A DNA stretch of 64,000 bases from the human T2T-CHM13v2.0 reference genome, Homo sapiens. The DNA lies in the NCBI RefSeq assembly GCF_009914755.1, contig NC_060927.1; one strand, given 5' to 3'. The notes beneath the pieces are model-generated. The model had not been told where the DNA came from, searched no databases, and was given only the letters and a program-made list of their open reading frames with translations. Position numbers and translations under genes: made by a program. Below, piece after piece: positions 13,504-26,000 of the stretch (the stretch's first letter is position 1; the number at the start of each line of letters is the position of its first letter).

Positions 13504-13872
<369 letters not shown>

Positions 13873-15379
13873 CTACAATCAGATATTTTTTTCCTAAATT
13901 GCAAATATGAATATAATATCTCTTGATTAATCTCATTGTCCTCAAGATAAAATCCAAACTTTTAAATACGGTTTAATAGGTCATTCATGATTGGCCCTGC
14001 TTATCTCTCCAGCCTCATTTCCTACTCCATTTGCATTGCATCATCTGGTGGGATCAGGCAAATTTTGGCTTCTGAAATGTGCTCTCCTCACACTCTGGCA
14101 TTTGACATTATATTTCTTCCTACATGAAATAGTCTTTCAACTCTTCATGCAATTACCCTCTTTCCCCTTTCAAATTTCAGCTCATCAGCTTGTCTCCTTA
14201 CTTGTTTACGAAAGACCTTCCTGTCATTCCCCACCCTGCCTCCCACTCTGCTCCTGGATCCACAATGGGTGAAATGCCGTGCTGTGTTCTCACCTCATGC
14301 CCCACTCTGGAGGCCATATTGGGTGAAATGCCCTGTGTCTCACCCTCACAGCACTGAATCATGACAGCTGGGTTACTTACCTGTGCCTTTCACTAAACTG
14401 TAAGACGCACAGTGTTTTCTAAACCACTGAATCTTACAGAGCATGGTGCTTAGAACATAGTAGGTGCTCAAAAAGTGCTTGAAAAAAATTCACTTAGTTT
14501 TTCCCAACTCTTTACTTCACTCAAGAAAGGTATCTCACAGAATTTTTGTCAGAAAGGAATAAGTTTTCATTTTGAACCAGTAAAATAGAGCTCTTATCAA
14601 TATTTATTTAGCTACCCCTTTAGTCATCTATTTCACTATCAACTTATTTGACTCAATAAAAAATATTAACCATGAGGCAGAGGAGTGTCTGTATATTTCA
14701 GGAACATAGGAACCAAGAAGAACTTGGTGTCTAACTTCTTCAACTACAGGCTTTTCTGAGTTTTAACGTCTTTGTTTCTTTTTCTGTGAGGACGGAGAAA
14801 TAGATAGATAGATACAGATATGTCTTTCTTAGTGTAATAGTTTAGTATTTCTTTCCTAGTTTCCCATAGCCCTCCATAGAATTAAGTTTAGATAATCACC
14901 AATAACATCAGGTGGCAATTCAAAAATTTTATTCTATTACCCTATAAAATCTTTATAAAAATTCTGGGAAGTAAAATGTATTATTATTATTATTATCATT
15001 ATCATTATTACTACCACTACTACCATTTCCCACATGTGGGCAAAGGGGACAAAAATGGGTAAATATCACATAGCTAATGAATAATACAGCTAGAACCAAA
15101 ACCTACAATTTGTATGTTTCACAAACTTTACTCTTCCTCTAGATCATATTCACTTCTGAAAAAGTGGTAGAGATGGTATTTTTTCTTTAGTTTAATTCTC
15201 AGGAGAAATGACTGCCTAGAAAGTACTGTTTAACATAATACTCTTATTTGAATCAGCAAATGTTAAGTTTTTTATTTTTCAAAATCACTGTAATATTGAT
15301 TTATGCTGAATTATTGCAGCATTGTAGTACTCTGTGTAGTGTTTTCTTTTCTTTCTAGACAATCCCTTAACAATTCTTA

Positions 15380-15900
15380 TTTACAGAATATTAGTGTGAT
15401 TTATTATATTTTCCTATATATAATGCCATGAACCATTTATTCAATGTTTTCAATCTATTCAGTTTCAGTGATAACTACATTTGTCTGGATTATTTTGTTT
15501 TTCTTACTGATTAATGAGAGCTACTTATATTGTAAGGAATTGACCTTTTGTTGTCATGTAGTAATATTTACAATTTATTCTTTGGCTCTTACTTTTTTGT
15601 TTATGATTATTTTTGTTTTGCTGAAGTTTAAAGCTTCTTTGTTGTTGTATCTATTGATCGCTCTTTTGTTATTTCTTCCATTGCTTTTGTGCATAAATAA
15701 TGCTTTTCCAACATAAGAACAGTTAAATACTTATCTCAATTTCTTCTTTTTATTTTAATTGTTTCTTTTTTTATATTGAATTCTTTGAATCATATGGAAT
15801 TTATTTCTGGTATGAGAAATAATCAGAGTTTTTTCCTCCCTATAATTTTTTAGCCAATGTCCACAATACCATTTGTTGAATGATGTAAAGTGCATATACT
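15380..15900 (-). mobile_element. Ancient L1M fragment
   Basis: T-rich, with L1-like gccaatgtccacaataccatttgttgaatga. Confidence 0.5.
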
Positions 15901-16139
15901 CTTTTGGTTTTCAGAATCACCCTATAAAGTGCTACCAACCTGGCCAGCCCAGTATTTCTGGGAAACATGTAAATATAGACCTTACTTACCATGCTAACTA
16001 ATTCAACCAAAATATTTTTAAAATATATCATTAATTTTTTGAATACCACACTATTATGTGTTAATTTTAAAATTTGAATTATTAAATGGGTAATATTCTT
16101 TATTGAAATGCACATAAATTCTGCATTAAAAAATACACA

Positions 16140-16275
16140 TTTCTTTCTTTTGTTTTTCTGTGTGCATTGGTGTGATCATAGTTCACTGCATCCTCAAACT
16201 CCTGGGCTCAAGCGATTCTTCTACCCTGACCTCTCAAAGTGCCGAGATTACAGGCATGAGCCATTGCATTGGGCC
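16140..16275 (-). mobile_element. Alu monomer (FAM/FLAM-like)
   Basis: cactgcatcctcaaactcctgggctcaagcgatt...attacaggcatgagcc, a single arm. Confidence 0.75.
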
Positions 16276-16634
16276 TACATATTTTTTTTCTATTTAGTAA
16301 AAATTTAATGGTGATTTCTGAAATAATGCCAAAATCTAGGTGCACCTAATAATATAGACTCCCTCAGCTATGCAATGGGGCAGGCTTAAGTAAGATCATG
16401 ACACAGTCAGTCTGGCTCTGCCACCTGTTTTTCTGTCCCTCCTTATTGTCTTTGTAGTTCCTTTATCCACCCTCTACCAGATCTCCAGGGTCTGCCCTGA
16501 CTCTTACGGACCCAGAGTTGACTGTCCAGAGTTGTTTGTACAGTTCTCTAGGTTCACAAATCATCCCTTCTTCTTTTTGTGTAAGACTAACGTTTCTTAT
16601 ATATGCCAAAAAGTGGAAATGGAGACAAAGTCAG

Positions 16635-17720
16635 GGACATAAGTGGAATAGACATATATGATTTACTTGCCCAGAATCCATGCCTCTTTCTTCTGGTAAG
16701 ACATCCTGGTTTTCCTTTGGAAAAACCACTGCTTACCCACAGCTATTGGTTTGTTGGGACTCTTAATCAAGTGACCAATTCTTGGACAAGGAGTGGGTAC
16801 AAGACCTAAGCTGGACCATTCAAACATCCCCGCCTTGGAACTTGGTTTCTATGAGGAATGATTCAAAAGAGGATGAAACTGACTTAATCTCTTGTTGGCA
16901 GACTGTGTTAATGGCCTCAAATCTGTACTCCTCCCTCTATCCCCATCCTTTGCCACATCCATGCCCTCCTACAGAGGGTGACATACTTTTTCATCCCTGG
17001 GTCATGTTACTTGCTTTTGCCAACAGGATGTCAGCATCTGGAACACAAGCATAGTTTTGAAAAGTGCTGGCACCATTGAATTCACTTGTGCTTATGCCTC
17101 TGCCATTGCCACGAGAAGAACATACTCAGCTGAGCCTCTTAATCCCAGGAGAAGGATGGGAGATGCCAGACAGAATTGTCAGATAAAATAGTGTACCTAG
17201 TTAAATATAAATTTTTGACAAACAACAAATGCTTTTTTAGTATAAATGTGTTCCAAATATTGCATGAGACACATTTATAAGAAAAATTATTTGTTGTTTA
17301 TCCCAAATCCAAATTTAACTGGGCATCCTTTATTTTTACTTGTCAAATCTGGAAACCCTGGGAGAAGAGTCACCTCAAGAAATTCAGCCTAAATCAGCTG
17401 ACTTCCCCACTTGTGCAAAATAAAGAATAACTATTATTTTATGCTCCTGATTTTGAAGTGATTTGTTCAGCAGCAATGGTTAGTACACGTCATGAAAGAG
17501 TAACCACCTAAAAGGACTATTATTCTTCACTAGTTTTTGCCACTAATTATTTGAGGTTATTATTTGGATATCCAGAGATACGGGGCTTGTGTACTTGCTG
17601 AAGTAAAGTTTTTCTGTTTTCCTTCAATTCTGTGTTATTTCATATTCTTCCAATGGACCACCTGCTTTATACATCAGACTAGCCAGTCAATTTCTATTGC
17701 TTAAATCAAAGAATCCTAAT
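16635..17720 (+). mobile_element. Nested ERVL-MaLR MLT1 LTRs (inner copy ~16900..17490)
   Basis: Two MLT1-like starts and two MLT1-like 3' ends (gtgatttgttcagcagcaat; tttctattgcttaaatcaaagaatcctaa). Confidence 0.55.
17171..17360. mobile_element. MER53 palindromic hAT MITE
   Basis: cagaattgtcagataaaata...ttttttagtataaatgtgttccaaatattgcatgagacacatttata...aaatttaactgggcatcc...aaatctggaaaccctg; self-complementary arms. Confidence 0.85.
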
Positions 17721-18534
17721 TTTTGCAAAGTAAGGATTAGCCATAATAAGGGGAAAATTTGAAGAGGGGACTTTCCACAGAGGTAAACTGTTGTCATCTC
17801 TGCCTAGATACTCCTTTGGCTTCCACATGCTAGCTTTGTTGCACGTTAAGCATTGGTTTTGTATCTGTCAGTTTGGTTGCTTTAAAACAACCTTAGATCT
17901 ACAAAGCCATTTAATTCCAGCTGTGAATGTTTTAATGCCTTTATACTTGGTTCCTAACTGAACAACCATCAGAGGGAAACTAATCAGTTCCAGAGTAGGA
18001 GAGAAAAGTGGTCAGTTGGCTCATTTCCCTAACCTCAAATAATTAGCGGTTATTATTTGTACTCAATTCAAAGTGCCATTTCTAATGGTACAAATTAGCA
18101 ACAAATTAGTCTCATTAGTTATTGTTCATTCAAAGATGGGGCAAGGTGTATACACTACTGTGTATGTGGTGATGGTGGGGTCTTAAAGAAACACCACCAA
18201 CTCCCTAATTTTTAACTTTTCTTTGGTACAGCAGGAAAAGCTTAAGCCCTGTTTATTTGCATATGTCACAGGCTATGAAAGAATATGGTGTGTCTATGTA
18301 AGAACTGGGTTCAAAAATCTACACAATGTTTCTTGAGCAGCACTTGCTGTATTTAATAAGCATACTCCCAGGATTCAACAATGAGAATAAAAATACACAA
18401 TGCAACACATAAATGCCATCTAGTGAAACATCAAACATCCATCTAACCTGGCATTTTGTTTCTGAAAATGCCACTAAAGCATGTTTTGCTGCATGGTGTG
18501 GGAGTTTCCAGGATGGATGACAGGACTGGGAAAT

Positions 18535-18830
18535 GTAGCACAGTGTACTAGATTGAGAGCCAGGGGATTTGTGATCCTGCCCAGCCACTAGCTCACAGTG
18601 CAGCAGAATATTCTCTGACATTTGCTTTTGAATCTCCGTCATCAGGCACTTTGTAGGTGCTTAACCAATTTTGAGTGAATAAATGACCAAACTATAACAA
18701 ATTATTTAAATGCTTTAGTTTCCTCACCTAGCAATTGGAGGTACAAGGTTGGCATTAGGCGATATTATGGGATTGACATTAGGGTCAAATAAGATAATGC
18801 ATTTGAACTTGGTCTATCTACAAAGCAATA
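18535..18830 (+). mobile_element. MIR, with a short L2 tail inside
   Basis: tttagtttcctcaccta...aaataagataatgcat. Confidence 0.5.
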
Positions 18831-21727
18831 AGAGGTCTGACAAATGTACCTATTATTTATTACATACTAAAACTAGCTAATAAAGAAGTGTTGGCTTGAG
18901 CCCTCCTAGGATAACATGGTAAAATAGCCTATGCATTTCTGTGGCTAATGGCATTCTAGTTATATTTTTGCAGACTCCATGATTGCCAAAAGGTGTAGAT
19001 AATTGCTATAATTTATAATTAATCATTAATTGTGGCATTAACAATAAATTACCCCAAAGATATGTATTGAGCTTTTATCTACTATTATGGAGAGCTATGC
19101 CAGTATGTTGAGCCATTTAATAGATGTCTAGACACTTTATATCTCCAATAAAAAGTGACACAAAAATGCAAGAATATATACCATGAGTGAAATAATTTTC
19201 ACCAAATTTTTTAGAAACTTAGCTGACTCCTTTTTCCAAGAAAAAGCTGCCAAAATAAAATTGTCACAATTTTACATACTTTGTCATGTCTCCATAAAAA
19301 ATTGGTCTTCTTTAATTTGTTGTCCTTGTAAACAACAGATATTGCCAGGTGATTTGTGGCTGTCATTGGAGTCTCTGAAGCCTTAGACCTTGTAGTAGAA
19401 TACAACTGGCAGTGAGAATATCTTTTCCACTAGCACTAGTTCCCACTTCTATTAGGATCCATTTGCAAAGCAAGAAACATCAGCCTGTGGGGTCGGCATT
19501 TGAATCACATTTTACTGGAACATGATTTCATTTAGACACAAATTTCATGGGAAAGTAGAAAAAATACAGAAACTATAGCTTCTTTGAGTGTCAGGTGAAG
19601 CTGAGGGTAGAAAAAACTCATTATAAGTATCAGTTACTCAAATTTCTCTGCCAGGAGTGATTACTAATGCTACATTCATGCATGCATTAAGTGATGATCC
19701 AAATAACTCAAGGTAAGAGAGATAATATGCTAACTATTTAGAAGAAAAGATAAAATGTATGCACAAAACAAAGCAATGCTAGGTACCGTGTGTGTTAATG
19801 TAGTAAACTCAGGGAAACTGGAGCTGGAAGCTAATAAAAATGACATATTAAGACAATGTATGGTCAAGAAAAAGTCATCTCCCTTTAATCCTCTTTTCAT
19901 CAGACAGGAGCAGTTTCTGAACTGCACAAGTAACTAAAAGTTAGTGCTTGAAGCTTCAGTTATGTAGTCCTCCGAGATGTAGCCAGCATTTTACTATGCT
20001 GCCTAAAGGTGTAAGCTGGGTAAAGCACACTCTTTTGGGCCTTTGAGCCCTACATTATTACATTCTCAAGTGGCCTTATGAGCCCCAAGCACTGTCCCAG
20101 GAAGTCAGATGTACAACAAAACAGTCCCTAGAGACTCATCCAGACAGTTGCTACCATCAAAAAGGAGGGTTAATTTGAATTAGATGGCTCTAAATAACTT
20201 AAACATGGTAGCCATGGGACAAAGAAATGTTACGTAGCTCATTTATATACCAACCAGTGGTGAATGTTCTCTGCTGGTGACACATGTGTAGCGTGGATAT
20301 CTGCAAACTGAGAGTCCCTTAGTCTACCTAAAATCAAGGTATATTAAATTGAAATTTTTCTATATGTATTAAATGTTCACGATCACCTCAGAATCTAAGC
20401 GAGTGTTCTAGTTCAGAAAAGGGACAAATTATCCAGACACCAGCAAGTGCATTCAGCTAAGCGTGTCCATTATTGCTGCTTCAGCAATAGGTGCACTCTG
20501 TGTGATGTCAAGTGGCTGTTCCCATGGACGGGTCATTGCCTTGCTAAATAAAAGCAAATGGAACCCTTCTGAGTCTGCTCACTGAAGCTGCTGTTACTCA
20601 GCAAGTCAGCAACTTCTCTGAAATCTCATATTCCCAGACTCTTATTCCAGCCATTTGGATATTTGTTTTTGCTAATTTGGGAAAGCATACAGATGCTGAT
20701 TTAAGTAGATAGAATGAATAAAATTACTATCTTTCCTTTACCTAGGCAAAATAACTTTTATGTTTCTGGTACTAACAGAACAGGATTTAGATACTGTCCA
20801 ACCAGAGCAGATGGTTTTACTTGGCAGAAATGTGGGTAGCAAACAGAGGGAAGCTCAAAAAATATCAGGCTACCTTGGGTAGGTGGCAAATAGCAATTGA
20901 ATGAATTCCAACTGCGAAATGGCACCCTAAGACATTATCAGAGAAAAGAAAAGTGTACTTTTCCCCTTTATACTCCAAAAGATATATTTTTCTATGTGAA
21001 AGGAAGTTGCATGGTATAATTCTTAGAGCAGATGAAAATTCGGGTTGCATTCCTGGCATCTACCAGAAATCCACTCCTTATTCCAGGGGAAGCCAGTAGG
21101 ATTTAGCCCTAAAACATGACATATCCTTAAAAACTTCAAAACATGTCATGGGCAACCAAAATATTTTTTTCTGTGTTCTATTAATTTTGAATTAATTTTT
21201 GAATTCAATTTTTGAATTGAAAAAATTGAATGTGAGGAAATATTGCCTATATCCCATGAATGAATTATTTAGCTATTAAGATAATATGATAAAAGATAAG
21301 TCATTATATCAAAAGCAAGGAAGATTTTAAACCAGACAGAAAGGACCCATAAGTGAATAGAAAATAGAAGTATAAAGGGTTCGGGGAACAATTCCCTGTC
21401 TATTATGCTTAAGGATCATACAAAACAAAATTTACTGAGTGCCTACAACACATAAAGACATTGTGCCAGGCATGAGAAAAGGTGATGAGGGGATAAAACA
21501 ATAACAATTATGACTTAGATCAACCATGTTTTCTTGTTTCAGCAGAAGTACCAGCAGGAGGTTATCATGAAAATAATATGAAGAGTTACTCTTACTTTTT
21601 CAAAATGGCTTACTGTTCATCTAATTTTTCATTTCATTTTGGGAATCAGAAATGTGTAGAGATAACTCTGGTGCTTGTAAGGATCTCTTAAATGTAATGA
21701 TTTCATGCCTACATAACTAGCCTAAAT

Positions 21728-21729
<2 letters not shown>

Positions 21730-21777
<48 letters not shown>
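21730..21777. repeat. T48 homopolymer (A48 on the LSAMP sense strand)
   Basis: Counted directly. Confidence 0.95.
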
Positions 21778-21779
<2 letters not shown>

Positions 21780-22439
21780 TTGCTTAAGGCATACAGTGTT
21801 CTTTGCATGTAGAGACGGAGGTAGATTCTAACAGAAACAACTAGGGTGAACTAAAGCATGCCTAGAATACAATGAAAATAATAAAAGTTGTTTTTTGCCA
21901 CTGCTTAAGGGCCCAGAAGATAGAATATTTAGACCAAGAATATGATTCACAGGAGGTTTTAGAATTTCTTTCTTTGCATTGCCCCTGCTCAAAGCTTACC
22001 ATGAACCATTTTAAATAGAATGTGGAACATACACATTATTTCCTTCTAAACAAATAGAGTTACCATTGTGAATTAATTAATACATTCACGTCAATTTTAA
22101 TTGTTTCAAAAATTATAATAATGATAGAAAACACAGTAGTTGCTGCAAAGGTTAAACATAGCTAGGAGAGATAGAATTTCTGTAATTCTAATTAAGTTTG
22201 AAAATTCCAGAGAGGTACATAATGTCATTCATGCAGGGTTTGGGATGGGGATAGGGGAGAGAAATCCCAAACGAAACCTTGAATTGATGAATATGAGTTA
22301 GATTTTTTTTCCTTTTTATCTTTGTTTGCCCTTCTTTGGAGGGGCAAATCAACATTACATAATAAAAGAAAATACAAACAAGTAGAAAAGTGAGAAGAAA
22401 TAATAAAAGTAATAATGACAGTAATTAATAATAATATCT

Positions 22440-22650
22440 AAGGTAGCATAACTTTATACAGTTTGCAAAGCACTGGTATATGCCTTGCCATATTTGATCC
22501 ATACCACATGCCCGTGTGATAGCTCAGACAGGTATCATTACCACTATGTCTCACCCTTACATTGGTTGGACAACTGAGGCTCAGTGAGTTTCAGTCTCTT
22601 GACTGAAATCACAAAGCTAGAGAGTGAAAGTACTAAGTTCATGACCAGTT
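22440..22650 (-). mobile_element. MIR
   Basis: caactgaggctcagtgag...aaatcacaaagctag. Confidence 0.6.
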
Positions 22651-22713
22651 CTTTTGATTATGTCAAGATGAAAGGAAAGCTTTGATATTTCACAAACTAA
22701 ATTATATACCACT

Positions 22714-23020
22714 GACCAGGCATGGTGGCTTATGTCTGTAATCCCAGCACTTTGGAAGGCTGAGGTGTGAAGCAGCAGTTTGAGACAAGCCTGGGCAACA
22801 TGGCAAGATCTCATCTCTATGAAAAATTTATGGAAAAAAAATTAGCTGGACATGGTGGCACACACCTGTAGTCCTAGCTCTTCAGGAGGTTGAGGTGGGA
22901 AGATTGCTTGAGCCAGGGAGATGGAGGCTGCAGTGAGCTATGATCATGCTACTGCACTCCAGCCTGGGTGACAAAGAAGACCCTGTCTCCAAAAAAATTT
23001 AAATAAATAATAAATAAATA
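22714..23020 (+). mobile_element. AluJ
   Basis: gattgcttgagcc...ggaggctgcagtgagctatgatc...gaccctgtctc, AluJ diagnostics. Confidence 0.9.
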
Positions 23021-26000
23021 ATTGATAACTGACAAATTAGATGCTGTCATATTGATTAAATTAAACAGAGGCCAAGATAACTGGGGCACAACTAGAGATA
23101 AGAAAGTCTGGTTAGGTGGGTAGCTGTGCTCAGCATAGAAATGGAAATGCCACTGATTGCGTAGAAGCAATGGGAGATTCGTTTACTGAAGTTAGTTTTT
23201 TTCCTGCATTATTCAGTTCTAAGATTACATGGTTAAGGATTTACTTTCTGATTTTGAGGTATTTTTCTAAATAATGGTGATAATATTCATATGTGCAACT
23301 TGAAAAGCTTGAACAATTTTGCAATGGAAATTAGATCCATTTCTATGAGCCTGTTTACTGCCTGTATCACTTCCCTCAATTTGGCCAACATGAAATGGTC
23401 TTTCTCCTCTCTCCCTTCTCTTTTTAAAACTCAAGAAGGGGGGCATGGCGATGATGGTGAGAAGGAGCATTCCATCTTTGCTTCCACAAATAAATCCCAA
23501 ATGGGGCAAGCCTCTCATTAATCTTGAGCTAAATGTGAAGTTAGACATGGAGGGGCCTCTTGTTCCACCTGTCTGTTCAGAGCCCTGGGCATGTTATGGA
23601 GAAAATGTCAAAAGATTTCTCTTCTCTTACTTCTGCACCCTGCCGTGATGTTTTATTCAAACCTCTATGTCCTAAGGAAACAAACGCTGCCTATAGAAAT
23701 CTCCCCCTCGTGGCTCCCGGTCTCACACATAAACACGCACAACACCTGTGTTTAGGAGAGCTGATCAATTCTCACAAAAAGCAGTCTCTCCGTAACATGC
23801 TGCGGGGCCAGAGCACTCTAGCGAATGATTTCTGTGGCAGCCACGACCCTCTGTGACTGTGTTTGTATCCATCTGGTAATGCTTGTGCTTATACAACATG
23901 ATGTGTCCACTGACCCTTCCTTCCAACAAGAAATGATTTTAACTGCCACTGGAACTCTGGGTTCATATAGAAAAAAAACCTGACTGCTGGAAAAATAGGG
24001 CTGGGTGTGGGGAGAACGTGATGCAGATGTGCCTGAGAATGGGTCGGAATCAGCAGCTCGTCCACAAGGGAAGAAAGGAGGAATTTTTCTTGCTTGACTT
24101 TGCATCAGCTCTATATTTGGTACTGCCCTTGTGGCCAGCAGGGATAGTAGCTTTTCCATAGGGTCTGGGCTGGAAATCTATAGAGACTACATTTGAGTTT
24201 CTATAGAAACTCTAAGGAAATTGAGCACAGGATGAGGAAAGTGAGCGGCTCCCACTGTCTCTATGTCCCATTACAAGCACATGAGACAGGTTACAAAGCA
24301 AGAATTAGGACAAGATGGTCATGGTGGTCATGCAATTGGATGCACATTGGCACAGTCAGTTAAGGTACCTGACATGAGGGATCCTTTGTTCTCAGTGAGC
24401 CACAGACTGCACAAGGCAGAGACACATGCAGCAGCAGTGAGTAGGATTCCTGTTTTTATCGGTTCCAAACAGCTCCAGATGGACTGAGAACCAGGCCTGG
24501 TGGCCACCAGGAATATTCTTGATTCTCAGCCCATATCTCTTCCTTTTTAATCCATGAGGAAAGGGCGAGCTGCTCCCTGTCTGTTCCTCTACCCATCCTC
24601 CCTCTGCCTTTGGCAAGTCACTTAACCTCATCTGGAATATAACTTGGCCCCCAGAGACTTTGGACATAGGGTGTTTTATTTCCAAGAGTCAGACTTGTCA
24701 TACCAGCAGAAAGCACAGTGCCTAGTTTGATATGGCTTTTCATTAGCTGTGTGATAAGGGAGTTAACGAATCTTCAATACCATGTGTAAAATTACAAGGA
24801 AACAATACTCAGGGCCACTTGTGATTACTTTGCTCTCTTAGCCTTTTGCTAATGCTTTTTCATTAATTATACAGCCATCACATTTCTCCTGATGGTAAAA
24901 TACCCCAAGTGGCTCAACTCCAAACTGCAAATGTTTAGCTATTTGCCCTTCCTCTAATGATTACAGGCTGTGTGAGAGAACATAATATTAGCCTCTTTCC
25001 ATGTTATGAAAATTGAAGGTATGCCCAGAGAAGCTAAGGTTTAAGCCTCAAAGAAAATCTTCTCCAACATATTTAACATATATATAGTGTTACCAAAGAA
25101 ACGTAAAAGAATGCAAAACATCTCCTCTCTACTGACTTTTCATGAAGCTGCACAACACATTAGGCTTTGCCTTATGCTGGTCCCTCTGATGGCTTTGGGA
25201 GTCAGATCAGGTTTCAGCTATAAGCCAGCTGGTGCCATCCATTTAAGGGAAAACAGTTATGTAAGTGAAAAAGATTCTAATCACTAAGTCTAATTACAAA
25301 GTAGAGTAAATTATTATAGATGTTTTTTAAAGTATCTTAAAACACTGTAAAAAAGAAAAATTAGGAACCAAACAGAAACCTGCTATGCTGGTAATTGATA
25401 ACATGTTTGGGATTAAGACAGTCACATGTTAAATTTTATATGCTACCGCTATTTGTGAAACATGACTCCTCATTCACACATTAAAAACTGTATAACCTTT
25501 CTCTCTGTTTCAATCAGATGCTACATTGTTTGACTCAAAGTACACCTTAGATTATAGGTCCTAACCTGGAGTAATAGAAATGTTTCACTTACACTGGACA
25601 AAGGGAACATCAAATTAGTCTACTAATATGATAATAATTTGTCAAGAGAAGGAAAAGGGGGTGGGGAAATGAGTGACACTTTACATAGACGTGTGAATTT
25701 TCCAAATGCAGATCTAGCCTCTCCTATTTAACATCTTTCATTAAAATATTTCAAATGCTACACATTCTCCTAATTGATGCAAAAAAACAAAGACAAACAC
25801 ATTAACATTTAATCCTTGGTTTATACACTAGGCTTCCACCCAGATATTTCTTAAATTAGCTCTGTTTATACTCTGTCCAGCGACCATGGACCTCACCATT
25901 TAGTCCATCTGCTTCCTGGAAAAATGAATGTGTGTGCTCTTAACTTTCAATGTGCTTCTGAATGGTATTCTCAATTTATTGTCTATTATGTCATTGGACG

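Noticed and set aside
24195-24212. Perfect 18-bp palindrome gagtttctatagaaactc
   Set aside because: One such palindrome is plausible by chance in 64 kb of AT-rich DNA, and there is no supporting context.
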